A program made the translations under genes and the position numbers. The notes below the pieces were generated by a model, which was not told where the DNA came from, made no database searches, and saw only the letters and a program-made list of their open reading frames with translations. Shown piece after piece: positions 48,280 to 60,412 of a stretch of 64,000 bases of DNA; positions within the stretch are counted from its first letter, which is position 1; every line of letters begins with the position of its first letter. The stretch comes from Spizellomyces punctatus DAOM BR117 (taxonomy: Eukaryota), in assembly GCA_000182565.2 (NCBI GenBank), contig KQ257452.1; one strand, written 5' to 3'.

Positions 48280-49536
48280 GATGCCCCCAGGAATCCTCTT
48301 TAAGATTGTCGTTATCCCTTGTTCAAACAGCCTGTGGTCAATTCGATGCGTGGGTAAGTGGGGAACGATCGACAGTGCCACATGATAAGTGGCACAGTAA
48401 CTGATAACGCACTTGTATGCAGCGATGGAATAGTTATCTTTGGCTGTTACCACCCTGAACAGGCACGCATCTCAAGGAGATCCGCAAATGCAGATACTGG
48501 TACTCATTACATTTCTCATCGTTGTAAATGTGATGCTCAGACTCTTGTCTAGCTTACATATGGTGCCCATCCCTATATGCGCTATGGTTCATTCACCCTG
48601 GTTCCCAATGTCCTTATGTGTTGCATTCTGTCTTGGATCCAACAAAGTCAATGCTAATGTTGTTTTGCGCAAGGAAATAGTTCCCAATGTTATTCATCGC
48701 CGTCCCTCCATCTAATGCATTGGGCCTGTTTGGCAGCACATTTGTCTTGGCATTCTCATCAATAAGAGCCTTTTGATCAAAAGTTGGAGAGCGAGTTTGT
48801 TAAATGACTTCATGTCCACAACGATTGTAGGCACAGCCATGAAACTGGGTGGCAACGTGACTCCACGTCATGATAGCGAAATTGAACGAGTTTAGCGGAG
48901 TTGATCAGTTTTGGCGTCAAGCAAACAGCCAAGTGTTCTAAAGTTGCAATTTTCACAATTTTGGTTTTCCATCCTTCCGCTTCCATCTATCTCGAGTTTT
49001 GTCCATTCCTGTCTACCTCATTGCCTTTTTGCATTGAAAAAGAATATTCAAAAGCGACCTCAACTGCGACGCATACCTCGACCAGTCTGCGCATTCATCT
49101 CAGTGGACACTAGAACGTTGTGGTCAAGCTTGCCTTCTCGCCAACAATACAGTACAGGGTCTCTTGCTGACAAGCGTATGCCAACATTTGGCCGTAGCTA
49201 GACCTTCCGACGACCATAACGACCCTAAAAGCTTCAAAACCAGAGGAATAAGCTTGTGTGCAGTTAGTTGCTATTTTTAGCCTGGAAACCTCCGAGGTCG
49301 TTGGTGGTTCCCACTTTATGAATACCAAATACGAACGTTTGAATCGCATGCGGTAGCTCAAATTGTCGTCAGAAGGACTGCCACCGGGAAAGGGACATTG
49401 GGGTGTGGAGGGCTACACAGAAAAAGCGAGAAAATTACTGAAGTTTAGCAAAAACCTACTCTCTTTGCAATCATTTTCACACAACCGGCTACATTCATTT
49501 CTGGAACATCAAGTACTTCCATAGGAACAACACACT

Positions 49537-50974
49537 ATGATGACCGATGGATCGTTTTCTATGGAATCAGAACGGAGTGCTTCCCACATGCGTGCTGATA
49601 AACGCCCGGGGGTGCTTGACCCGCTCAAAATGAGATCCACAAAACATCGCACGAGTTACTCTTCTGCATCCTCATCCTCATCGACGACCTCCTCTGTCGA
49701 GCATCACCTTCACGAATCAGCGGAAACAGACGCGGGTGGAGAGTGTGACTTGTAAGTTGTAAAGCTGTTCAGCCATCAGAGTGTTGCGTCAGGTTGTTAA
49801 CTATTAACATTTACGTAGTGGTGAATCAATGTTACCGTCATGCATATCTCCTGCGCTGTATCCAGCTGAGCACTACACATCGCTAACCACATTAAATCGC
49901 TCTCTTACCCAATCCGTTCTCCGATTTGACCAACTCACAACATCATACATCAACCTTCGAAACCAGTTGCGGAACATCCTGGACAGTGTCGAAGAGCAGG
50001 AACGACAATATGAAGCTTATATTGAAGAAATAGGGCAGCTGCGCTTTGAACGCAAGTTTTTGAGGGAAGTGGTTGAGCTGTCTTCGTTCAGGGAGCGTAA
50101 GCAGTCGAATGCATCGGACAAAAGTATAAACAGCACCGGGGCAAACAAGCGATGGAGCTCACCCATGAACACAGATAATGGTGATGGCTGGGGAAAAAAC
50201 GCACGACGATGGACGGTGGGAGGCGCACATTCATTAGGAGCATGTGGTGCTTTCCACAGTTTGCCAACTAGCCCGCGTCTCTCAATAACAAGTTCAACCT
50301 TCCTCCCGCACGTTGACGACGAGAATCGCGTAACGGTAGATGACCTAGCGTCGCGGAAAATTCAACGGGAAGCCTTTGCTGCCATGCTTCAAACTATACG
50401 TGAAACGTTTCTGGTGGGCGCGGGATTCGCTTCGACCATTGGGCCATTTCAAGGCTTGGAAGTGGACTCTGATGAGACGGATCGCTCCAGCTGTCGTTCC
50501 CCTTGCTCTTCCCCCGGCACCCCCGTCACTCTCCTCAACCCTAGTGTTCCGTCGTCACCAAGCCACATCCGCCCCACCCCACTCCCTTCGTACCCTTCCA
50601 ACGAAAAACATGTAGAAACCATACACGCACGAATATCTCATCTCACAAACCTTATTGGACAGCTCGCACCTTCTGTTGAAGCCCTTCGCGAAAGTCTTGA
50701 GGACGTCATTGCAGGCCCCGCATTGGCGTATCGTGCGTGGGTCCGTGAAGCAGAGATTGAACGGGAAATGCTTCGAGTCGAATGTGAGGGTTTGCGAGAA
50801 GCTCGAGAGGGCTCTAAAAAAGTTGTGGATATGAGAGGAGTGAGTGAAGCATCAGTTGGCCTGATTTCGTCTGCGCTAGAGTCCTTGTGGGTTGAGCAAG
50901 GTGATGATGATCACGAAGAATGGGAATCAGAATCGGTGTACTGGTCGTGTGATGAGGGTGACGATGAACGGTAA
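49537..50974 (+). CDS. Hypothetical coiled-coil protein (2 exons)
   Basis: Ser-rich exon from 49537 plus 381-aa ORF 49829-50974 with two similar heptad segments ('EIGQLRFERKFLREVVE' / 'EAEIEREMLRVECEGL'). Confidence 0.7.
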
Positions 50975-51179
50975 ATCTCCCCACAAATGGGGGCCACCTC
51001 TATGTAACTTTTGTTTTTGGTATCTCTTTCATAGTCTGCATCTCCATAGGGGATGTGCGCTTTTTACTTTTATCTATGATTGTCACATTGTCTTGTCAAA
51101 ACGTGCAATTAAAATAAATAGTCCGGTGTCGAGAGGTGGCAGAACGTTCATCTCGAATGTTTTACCATAAAAATTGGTT

Positions 51180-51762
51180 CTACTTGATCATAAGTAGTGT
51201 AGAGGTGACAGAAACTGGCACTAGCTACTACACCAGGGAATAAACCAGCGACAACTGGTTCGGAAAAGCTAAGCTACTACTAGGCAATTATACACGCAAT
51301 ACGTAACGGTTGGTTTTAACCGGATAATTGCCCACCACCACACACGGTCCCTACTAGGCCTTGATCTGGAACTCTTGATGGCATTGAAGCCAGACTCTTG
51401 CATCCAGGAGCGAATCGACTGGGCAGCGTCACAAGCCAGAGGATGTTCAGTGACAAGGCTTGGAGACTACAAAAAAATGCATGTCAGCGACAGAATAATA
51501 TGAAAAGAGATGATGCCATTGGTACATACCAACCAAGCTCAACTAATGTGGCAGCATAATAGTAGGTTTTGTTATCGGATCCGATTGGTTGCCGCTGGTT
51601 CTGATCACGGTTGCTGTCGGGCGGTCGAGGTCCTCGGCACCACCACATCTGCATGCTCATGGTTGACCGAGTCGCAATGAGGTTGCAATGTGGGTCGCTA
51701 TGAGGTTGCAATGGGTCGCGATGAGCGTTGGGCAGATGGTTTGAGAGTCGAGGATGGGTAAA
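51180..51762 (-). ncRNA. Unclassified structured RNA / micropeptide transcript, copy B
   Basis: Paralog of 34298-34733; TATA at 51793-51800; canonical intron 51467-51529 (GTATGT..GCTGAC..TAG); sORF from ATG 51660 (MSMQMWWCRGPRPPD...). Ends inferred. Confidence 0.7.
51670..51725. repeat. Short tandem repeat (~22 nt x 2.5) in the leader of copy B
   Basis: GTCGC(A/T/G)ATGAG repeated three times, with GTTGCAATG(TG)G spacers. Confidence 0.8.
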
Positions 51763-51792
51763 GAGGAAAGAGGGAAGAGAGGGCAGGTCCCC

Positions 51793-51800
51793 TTTTATAG
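51793..51800 (-). promoter_or_regulatory. TATA box of structured-RNA copy B
   Basis: Minus-strand CTATAAAA, ~30 nt upstream of the conserved TTTACCC block. Confidence 0.65.
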
Positions 51801-53136
51801 ACCTTGAGTGTGGCAAAATGGGGTCCAGCTGAAAAGAAAAAAAAACATTACATTAGCATGCCACACCGCAGTTTGGAGAACATTAGCAGGACGCTTTCAG
51901 CGATGGGGGTTCTGATTATGCAATATAATTAACCGGATTGATCCGGATGATAATGGATACTAGTGCCATTTACTGTCAGCTCCACACTATTGATGCATTC
52001 ATTACATGCATATGTGGACCCAGTTTACGGTTTTCGAGACCTATTTCTGACAATTGTTGACAAAGGACATTTACAAGTCGTTCAATGTCGCCTGCGGTAT
52101 GCCATTGAATGCGAACAAAAATGCAACTGAATCATGCTGTCATTTTGTTGTTTACGCCCTGATCTCGCTCAGTAATCATGTTTTGGTTGCATGCATCGTC
52201 CTTTCCAATGTACGGAGGATCGCTCCGAATTCAGGAATTTGGGAAAAAGAGTTCCGCCCTCCAATAGTCCCAATGGTAACAAAGTGGCATCATCGTTTGA
52301 CCACGCACTGATGAAATCCCTCAACGCGCGGACAGCCCTTGCAAGGGGGTACGCGCTACAAGCATCTCCGAGTGTGCTGTGGAAATGCCCCCGCACGAAC
52401 TCAATGTTTGGACAAACCAAAACAGAATATAATCATAATCCGGGAAAATCCCAACCATCACAGCATGCAGAAACGCTGTCAATTCGGCAGTCTGTCCAAA
52501 TCACAAAAAAAAAAACCAACGAAAAGGAGAGGGAGTTGAAGGGACATCCATGGCATGGCTTTTGGGCGCAGATGCTTCCTTTCTCCTTTTTTTCCTCTTT
52601 GAGTATATATCATGTCGTATGTGGACAAATCAGTTCAACCTCCTACTTACGCAATGAACAAAACCGCTTATCTCTTTTTTTTTTTTTTGGCTGTGTTCAG
52701 TCTTTGGTTTTTGAGGAAGGCGGTCGGGAGGTTCACGCCAGCGCGTTCATTGTCCTGTTGCTTTTGACAGCACCTTTGTCTTTTGGACATTTCCGTTTTG
52801 TTCCTTTGTGTTTGAATGTAAACCATTGTATTCCTTGTTTGTCATCGTCATCGTCACATTAAAAAGGAGTTATCTGCTGTCATCTTTTGTTGTAGCGTAG
52901 ATTTGCTGCGCATGAGTCCACAGGAGCACTTTGTCTCTCCTTGCGCGTTATTTTGAATGCTTGGGGGTTGAGACAAGGGTGATAGGCTCATCGACATAAA
53001 AAAAAAAACCTACAGAAGAGCGTTTTTGGATTCATGTTACAGAAACATCTCAAACGGGGTCGACGGGCAACTGGACGCCATCCCCGGCCGACTGTCCAGG
53101 ACGTATTGGTAAACTGGGTCAACAATAAGGACAAGA

Positions 53137-53664
53137 ATGGCAAGGCTGCTGAAGCTGCCGAAGGTAAAACAGAATGTTAAAACATGGACAGTATTTGTCT
53201 TCATACTGATGGGAATATATTATTTCACGTCACCGATGACAGGTTTACCAGGTTTACCAGATACGACGACATCCTCTCCACCACAGTCGTTCTTGGGTAT
53301 ACCCGAGCTGGATATGACGTCCCCCTTTTTGACATTTTCGCCGGCTTCTTTGGCGAAAACCCTTGCGAAGAATGATGACCAAGCCTTGCTAGAAACCAAA
53401 GAGGAGTGGGACACAAATATAGACGACAAAATCCAGACAAACACAAAAACTATAACCCAAAACCCGACCATTCCCATATCATCCGACCAAGACCCCATCC
53501 CAACCCGATCCCTCACCTGTGCCTGCCAAACCCACCCCGGACGATGCGTACTTGATGCCGTTTACCGGATTGGAGCCAACGAGGCGGCGGGTGCAATATT
53601 TGGTGAAGGAGGGTCAGAGGTCATCGAAAGCGTTTGTGAGCGGAGGGGATGTACCGGTTCGTAA
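53137..53664 (+). CDS. Small single-pass membrane/secreted protein with Cys-rich C-terminus
   Basis: 175-aa ORF with N-terminal hydrophobic segment and 'CACQTHPGRC...CERRGC'. Confidence 0.6.
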   Translation: MARLLKLPKVKQNVKTWTVFVFILMGIYYFTSPMTGLPGLPDTTTSSPPQSFLGIPELDMTSPFLTFSPASLAKTLAKNDDQALLETKEEWDTNIDDKIQTNTKTITQNPTIPISSDQDPIPTRSLTCACQTHPGRCVLDAVYRIGANEAAGAIFGEGGSEVIESVCERRGCTGS

Positions 53665-54271
53665 ATGTGGTATATAAACGTGTCCATCATGCATGCACTA
53701 AAACCTATTTTTTTGACTTGTTACTTTTAGATCTCAAAATTGAGAAATGGGGGCAGGATCGACATGGGCGATGGGTACGTAGGAGGGTTACGTATAAAAT
53801 CCATGTGAAAGCTCCCATGTGTATGTATGCACATCCTAGGATAACATTCCAAGAAGCGAGTTTTCTAAAGTTTTTGTGTTTTCAGATGGAAATATGTTGA
53901 CGGTGGCCATTGAAGATCAACATGTCGTCCAACACGAATACAGGTAATGGTGCTTTTTACCCGGTAGGGCAGACCAGCTGTAATCTCAATGACTCGCCAA
54001 AACAGCGTCCTCGTTGTAGATGTGACGACCCTCACACCTTCCCTGCCTTATGGAACAGTCTTTTCAACGGTGCAACGATACTGCATTACCCCAGCTGGTG
54101 TTGGTGGACAGCGAGGTGTGAGAGTGCGTGTTCATGCCTGGGTGGAGTTTTCCAAAAAGGTCATGTTGCAAGGTATGCATTTACATTTTTAAAACTCTGT
54201 TTGCAAACGTTATAGTTTGTTGATATTGGGAACGTCGGTTAGATGCGGTTACCAAAACAGCTTTGGAAAGC

Positions 54272-55798
54272 ATGGCGCTTTCTACCCGATACCTTGATGA
54301 AGCGCTCCTTCATCTCGCAGCGGGAGGAACAGGTCGACTACCTTACCACTACGAACGCCCATCCCGACAAACCGATATCCTTCCCGAAGACGTTCTGACT
54401 CACCGTGGATTAGAAACACCACCAGACTCTGGACGGACCTCTCCCACATCGTCTTCATCGACCTCTTCCCGTGCGTCCAGCTCGTCAAGCAGCAGTACCG
54501 ATACATCCACACCATCCACGACATCCTCTACTGATTCGGCGAGACGAAGGCTATACGGTCCACGACCCATTCTGGGATCTGAGACGCCGTCTACACCCGC
54601 TTCGACCATTCACACGACCGTTGGGTCTACACCGGCTGGTATCACACCAACGGGTATCACACCCGGTGGTAGAGAAGCGGCACGGGAAGGATACTTTACA
54701 GGCGTCCCCGTGCCCAAACTCGATCGAAAACCAGTTGGACCAAGACCTTTTGGTGGGTGGCCACAATCCACACCAACAACACCAAAACTCGAGACCGAAC
54801 AAGCGGAAAAGCAAAACCGACATCCACCCATGGCAGTGGTATGGGAAGGCGGAAAATGGGTGGAAGCCCATCCGGCCATCGCTAAAAAGCTCGTCGCAGA
54901 AAAACGAGAAGGGCGCAAGAGGGTGCTGAAGAGGGAAGGTGGAGCTGTCGCTGTTTGGGCTGAAGGACGGTACATTGTCGCAGGGGAACGAGAAACCAAC
55001 CAAGATACGATAAAAGTACAAGCAACCCCCGACACAGCTCTGTCATCACCTATTACATCCACCCATCCACTCGTTACTTTATCTGAACCTACCGCAACAA
55101 AAGACCCACCCTCGAAACCACTTAATGCATCCTACACCCGCCCACCAACTCCACCCTCAGCAGCACTCGTACCCAAAACCCCAGCTGAAGCAGCCGAATG
55201 GCGAGAAGCAGCAGCCAAAAGACTTGAAAAACATTTATCGAAAAAGAAAAGTATGGAGAACGCAAGTGGTGCATTGGTTGGAAGTGGGGAAGGTTTGGAA
55301 TCATTGTCGGGAGTACCGTCACCCCAACTCGTATCTACCATTCCGCAAAGTCCGACTCCATCCGCCGTACAAGTAACACCACCAACAACCCAACCAACTG
55401 AACCGACAACATCAACATCAACAACGGTTATCCCTTACACCCCACCACCCCAATCATCCACACCACGCCCCGTAACCCTCCTCATAACCTTCCATATCTG
55501 CGGTATACTCCTCCTCCTATCCCAACTCGGTTTTTTCGGCATCCTACGATGGATCTACGTCCTCGTATCTTGGACACTCCGTACGCTCTTGTGGAGTATC
55601 ACGCTCTTGTTTTTCCGTCGTACGCGTCCGTCTCCGCAGATTGTACATCATCAGGAACCCATCCCGGATTCGGCGTGCCGTGTACCAAACAAAGAGGATG
55701 ATGGAGTGGTTGTAAAGTGGGGTGAACTTTGTTTTTGGTGGGGTGTTGTTGTGATTGTGGTTTTGGGTGGTGTGAGGGGGTTGGTGAGGAGGGTTTGA
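54272..55798 (+). CDS. Pro/Ser/Thr-rich hypothetical protein with C-terminal transmembrane segments
   Basis: Long intronless ORF (ATG 54272) with hydrophobic stretches near the C-terminus. Confidence 0.7.
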   Translation: MALSTRYLDEALLHLAAGGTGRLPYHYERPSRQTDILPEDVLTHRGLETPPDSGRTSPTSSSSTSSRASSSSSSSTDTSTPSTTSSTDSARRRLYGPRPILGSETPSTPASTIHTTVGSTPAGITPTGITPGGREAAREGYFTGVPVPKLDRKPVGPRPFGGWPQSTPTTPKLETEQAEKQNRHPPMAVVWEGGKWVEAHPAIAKKLVAEKREGRKRVLKREGGAVAVWAEGRYIVAGERETNQDTIKVQATPDTALSSPITSTHPLVTLSEPTATKDPPSKPLNASYTRPPTPPSAALVPKTPAEAAEWREAAAKRLEKHLSKKKSMENASGALVGSGEGLESLSGVPSPQLVSTIPQSPTPSAVQVTPPTTQPTEPTTSTSTTVIPYTPPPQSSTPRPVTLLITFHICGILLLLSQLGFFGILRWIYVLVSWTLRTLLWSITLLFFRRTRPSPQIVHHQEPIPDSACRVPNKEDDGVVVKWGELCFWWGVVVIVVLGGVRGLVRRV

Positions 55799-56137
55799 TG
55801 GTATTTTGTGGGTTGCACGTCCGTCGTGGGTGTATGTCCATACAGTCTTGTAGCGCTGTAACTAGTGAGTGCTCTTTTTTGCTGTATGTATGTAGTGGCA
55901 GGTTCGTTTGATGGAATGTCAAGGCGGTGTGAACAAGAAACGTAGGAAATGTATTTGTACATCTGAATACACACACTCTAATGTTTAAAAACATAAAATA
56001 GGCGATGAAAAAAACGGGTTTCCGCATTTCAAACGAATAGAATCAGTTCAAGTGGATCGTACTACGACAGGATACTCCAAAAAAAAAAAATTAAGGTTTA
56101 AAACGACATCCAACCAACATACGAGAACTCATCCCGT

Positions 56138-58426
56138 TCAAACGACGGGAGGGACCACAATAGGACCAAAAGGAACACACACCCCCGTCTGCGTTCCTTC
56201 CACTCTAATCACCACATGCAACTCATCACCAACCACACATCCCACCCCCCAATTCCTTCGTCCAATCAATTTCTGATCCTTTAACGTTTTCCCATCCACG
56301 TCCTTGGGAAACATATCCAGCATCTCCTCCTTGACCCCATTGCCAAAGTCCAATTGTTTTGCGCTTGAATGTAGCATTTTGAGGACGCCTTTCGGTGGAG
56401 GGATGTTAACGATGGCGGAGGCGATGAATTGGTACATGAGGGTTGGATCTGTTGGGTTGGTTGGAGTAAAGAAGCGACCAACACCGGCGCAGTGGACGTC
56501 GCCGGATATGAAGGAGATGCGGGTACGTGTTTGGGAGGCGTGGGCTTGGAGGCGGGTTATGAGGGCCGTACGTTCGGGGGTGTGGTTGGGGTGGGTCCAA
56601 TGATCGATCAGGTCGTCTGTAGGGAATGAGAACTCCAGCGTCAGTAGCAATTTAAACGAATAAAGAACTCTAAGCGACATACCAAGCAGATCCACCTCCC
56701 CAAACTGACTAATCACACCACTCATCAACCCACTCTTGCCCAAACCCTTTTTAACATTTCCAAGCACATCATCAATCGTGCCCTTTGTCTCAGCCTCCCA
56801 TTGTTGCGCGTCGACTTTGAGACCCACTTTTCCCAATAATCGCCCAGCACTTCCAGCCACACTTCCCAGGCCCTTTCCAATCTCATTTACAGCATTATTA
56901 GCTGATCGTTTTGTTTTGCCAAAGTGGGTTAATAAAGTTTCGGGTGCTTTGAGACGCGGGTAGACGATGGGAACTGCGAGCATGGCAATGACGTGCTTGA
57001 TGGTGGGCGGAAGGGTTCTGAGGGTTTGGAAAAGAAGGTTGTAAGATTGGGGTGAGAGGATTTGCATTGGGGTTCGTTCGCTGCGGGTGTCGGGACCGAA
57101 GAGAGCAACACTGGGTCCGAGGAGCTTGACGAAATGGAAAGTTTGACCATTAGGGGAAATGAATTCTCGTGCATGGGGTCCACCAAGCGCAGCAAGACGC
57201 ATGGTAGTGTGTTGTTGGAAAAGTAAATAAAATCTCCAAGCGATACGTCCAATGTTTTGAAAGTACTGAGAGTGCTGAAGGTACTCTGGGTACGACCCAT
57301 ATCCGTCGAAAATGTCGTGATCATCAATTTGAAAAATGGAGGGAATGGAGGCCAGGGCTTCTCTAAGGTGCGGGGTCGCAAAATGGCTAGTGTACATGTT
57401 AAAGTAAAAGGAAGAGACTGCGAATTCGAGTTCTGGAGTCCATGGAGCGTTTCGACGGTTTTCTTTGCCCTTGATTTGAAGCCATGCTTTGAGGCCGTCA
57501 AGCTCCTTCCAGATGGGATCTCCATATATCCTACAAAACACCGAAACAAAAAACGATAATCAACAAACTCGTTCATAAATACCAAGAACATTACCGCTCA
57601 CATATATACTCACTGATCACCACCTCCCAACATGACATGAAACTCTTTGCCATTTTCACGATGAAGACTCAAAACATCCTTCCAAAGCGCACCCACACCA
57701 CCCAATCGCTCCCTCTCTTCCTTGGACACGCTATTACTAAACCCACTACAAGAATAGAACGCAAACCGCCAGTTGCGATCATGCACAGAAGCTACGTGAA
57801 AATTAAAAGTTTGCTCTGACAATGCGTCTATGGAATATGTCCACATGGCAGGATAGTCCCCCATTGGGAGGGTGAGGTCGATACGGTGAAAAGTGTATTG
57901 GAGGTGGGTGTCAATCACGTTGGAGGGAACGTAGAGGGGGGAGGTACCGGGGAGGTTGGAATAGACCGTGGCCGTGACGGGGGAAGGTGAGCTGGTAAGA
58001 ACAAGGATGGAACCTATTGCAAAAAAATATAGTAAAGATCCCATTCTCACTGATGATCCGCAACAAAAAAATATACATACCAAACCACATCCGGTTCCCC
58101 ACATCCATATTTACATATCTCAAATACGGTCCAAATACTTGTCCGCTCTGACCCTTTTTCGATGGCATACTCTGCCCTGTAGCGGCTTCCGCGGCCGTTG
58201 GGTAGGGTGTCACTGGATACGGGGCACCACCATATGGTGCACCGCCATAGGACACGGGCGGGTACGCACCACTGGCAGTCGTTGGCGGATACCCACTATT
58301 CACAAAAGGTGGCGGATACGATTGAACCGGATACGCAGGGTAAACGTCAGTGTGTGCAGCAGAGGGTTGCGCCGAGTAAGCTGGTGGCGGGCCGGATGGG
58401 TACGGATTAGGTTTCTCTGGGTTCAT
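56138..58426 (-). CDS. PhoD-like metallophosphatase-domain protein
   Basis: Pro/Tyr-rich N-terminus; 'FYSCSGFS', 'HVMLGGGDQ|IYGD', 'DDHDIFDGYGSY', 'DTRSERT', 'VPIVYPR', 'DDLIDHW', 'ISGDVH', 'ASAIVN.PPP', 'RRNW'. Confidence 0.88.
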
Positions 58427-58784
58427 CGTGACCAGTTCAAAGAATCGTCAAGCACAAGCTCGTCGTTCGTCGTCGTCGTTCGTTTTGTTGAAAGCGCTAT
58501 TCGGCAAAAAGCCAAGCTTTTAACGCAAAGGGGAAAAGAACAGAATGCCCGATCTACTGTGCCACAACGCGCAGGTGGCGCAGCACTTAAGCCATTCCGC
58601 TTTGTTTATAATTCCCTTTCTTTTGTATTGCGAATGATTATTCATGCAAGAGGTTAGAATGCTTTTGTTACTCAAAATATCGAATTACATTAACAAGATC
58701 TTGTCCCATAACTGACATGTTGGTTGCCATGTTGAACCACAGCTGCTCAAGCCCAACCAACACCATCAGCAAACAAACGTTATT

Positions 58785-59771
58785 TTACATCCTTTGTTCC
58801 CCAACATCAAAATTGCCAGTCACTTTCCCCAACAAATGCTCACCATACACGACATCAGGCAACCTCTCGACCCCACTCTCTTGAACACATTTATCAATCG
58901 GCCGAACACGCGCATCAAAAGCCGGCTCATAAAAAAACGGTACCGAGATCCGGTAGACATTCGTTGAAGAATGTATCACGCGATGGAGGGTTGATTTGTA
59001 GATCCCGTTTGTCCATACCTGGATCATATCGCCTATATTGATAATAAAGGCATTTGGGAGCGGGGTAGGTGAAATCCATTTTCCATTGGAAAGAACTTGG
59101 AGTGCGTTGGGTGTAGAGTCTGCATTGAGGAGGGTGAGACAACCATAGTCGGTGTGTTCGCCGCAACTGAGGCCAGTTGAGGAGGAAGGGAGAGGAGGGT
59201 ACCCAATCATGCGCATCACCCAAAAACCTTCTTGCATGTAGGGTTCGAAAAAGGTTTCACCGACACCCAACCCAAGTCCAATGGCTCGCATCATGGCAGC
59301 GCCAAGGCGGGTCATGGTCTGAACATAACTGTTGACGACGGTAGAGAATCGTTCAGGGTGCCGTGGAATAGGATTACTTCCACAAAGCGTTTTAATTCCC
59401 TTTTGCAAAAGGGATTTAGGAGCAGGCGCATACAAGTCAATCGCTTCATGCCAATCTTGAGCCTCCTGCGTGATATTCTGACCTAACCGTTGATATCCCC
59501 TCGCAAAATCGTTTTTTGTAATATGAATCTCCTCCTTTTCTTCTGGAGTCTGCTTGAAGAATTCGTGCGCTACCGTTCGAATCTCTGTCATCTCCTCTTG
59601 GGTGAGACCATGGCCCACAAGGTAAAAGAAGCCCACCTCTCGACAGGCCTTGTCGACAAGTTCGGCAGTGGCTTGACGGGCGAGTTGCACATCGGGTGCA
59701 TCGTCTGGAGCGAGAAATGGGGATATGTCGATAAGAGGGAGGGAGAGCGTCTGCTCGGTGGTTACCAGCAT
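58785..59771 (-). CDS. 2-oxoglutarate/Fe(II)-dependent dioxygenase (DIOX_N/IPNS-like), intronless
   Basis: 'LPLIDISP', 'ACREVGFFYLVGHG', 'RGYQRLG', 'HTDYGCLTLL' (HxD), 'HRV', 'RISVPFF' (RxS). Alternative ATG at 59804. Confidence 0.93.
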   Translation of the reverse strand: MLVTTEQTLSLPLIDISPFLAPDDAPDVQLARQATAELVDKACREVGFFYLVGHGLTQEEMTEIRTVAHEFFKQTPEEKEEIHITKNDFARGYQRLGQNITQEAQDWHEAIDLYAPAPKSLLQKGIKTLCGSNPIPRHPERFSTVVNSYVQTMTRLGAAMMRAIGLGLGVGETFFEPYMQEGFWVMRMIGYPPLPSSSTGLSCGEHTDYGCLTLLNADSTPNALQVLSNGKWISPTPLPNAFIINIGDMIQVWTNGIYKSTLHRVIHSSTNVYRISVPFFYEPAFDARVRPIDKCVQESGVERLPDVVYGEHLLGKVTGNFDVGEQRM

Positions 59772-60412
59772 GCTTGTTTTTTTGTTCCGTCGAGATGCCC
59801 CCATAATAAGTCTGCGCGTCACGCGATCGTCATCACGTGAAAATAAGGTAAGATTCGTTATCAACATGCGATTTGCACATTGATTGCACGCACTAGGGGA
59901 TATCCCATGTAGCCCCTCACACGTCCAACGGAAGACGCACAACGTACAAGAAACTCGCAAGAACGAAAAGGATGCAAGAAGCCCCGTCTTTTCAACGCAC
60001 AGACAACAAACGCTGTTCAGAAAACTACAATGGCCGCTGCAGTGATCACAGCGGGCCTATCAATTCACGAACCAATAAAAAGGGAACAGGAATTTGACGA
60101 GAAATGATATGTATAAATATACAGATATTGCAAAAAAAAAGAAGAAAGAAAATGTCCCAACAAAATATAGATATGATATAAACCACCTCAACCCGCAAAA
60201 AAAAACGGAACCCAAATCTATGCATGGTCCCTGCTTCCTCCGTGCGTCCATCATTACCAGATTCCTGTTTTCATACGGAACGGACCGTGGATGGCAGGTA
60301 AATAAAGGAAACAGGTAACCTTCAAAGCCATCTACAAGAAATCACGTTCGTTTTCAAAAGGCCCAAAAAAAGTGTTATCCCTTTAAAAGATGGTATAATG
60401 GGTCGTATGATC

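Noticed and set aside
51359-51380. CTTGATCTGGA resembling a fungal TPP riboswitch
   Set aside because: Lacks the following TAATACCAGCG and the CTGAGA motif, and lies on the strand opposite the inferred transcript.
52191-52862. 223-aa ORF
   Set aside because: Runs through homopolymer tracts and has non-protein-like composition; likely intergenic.
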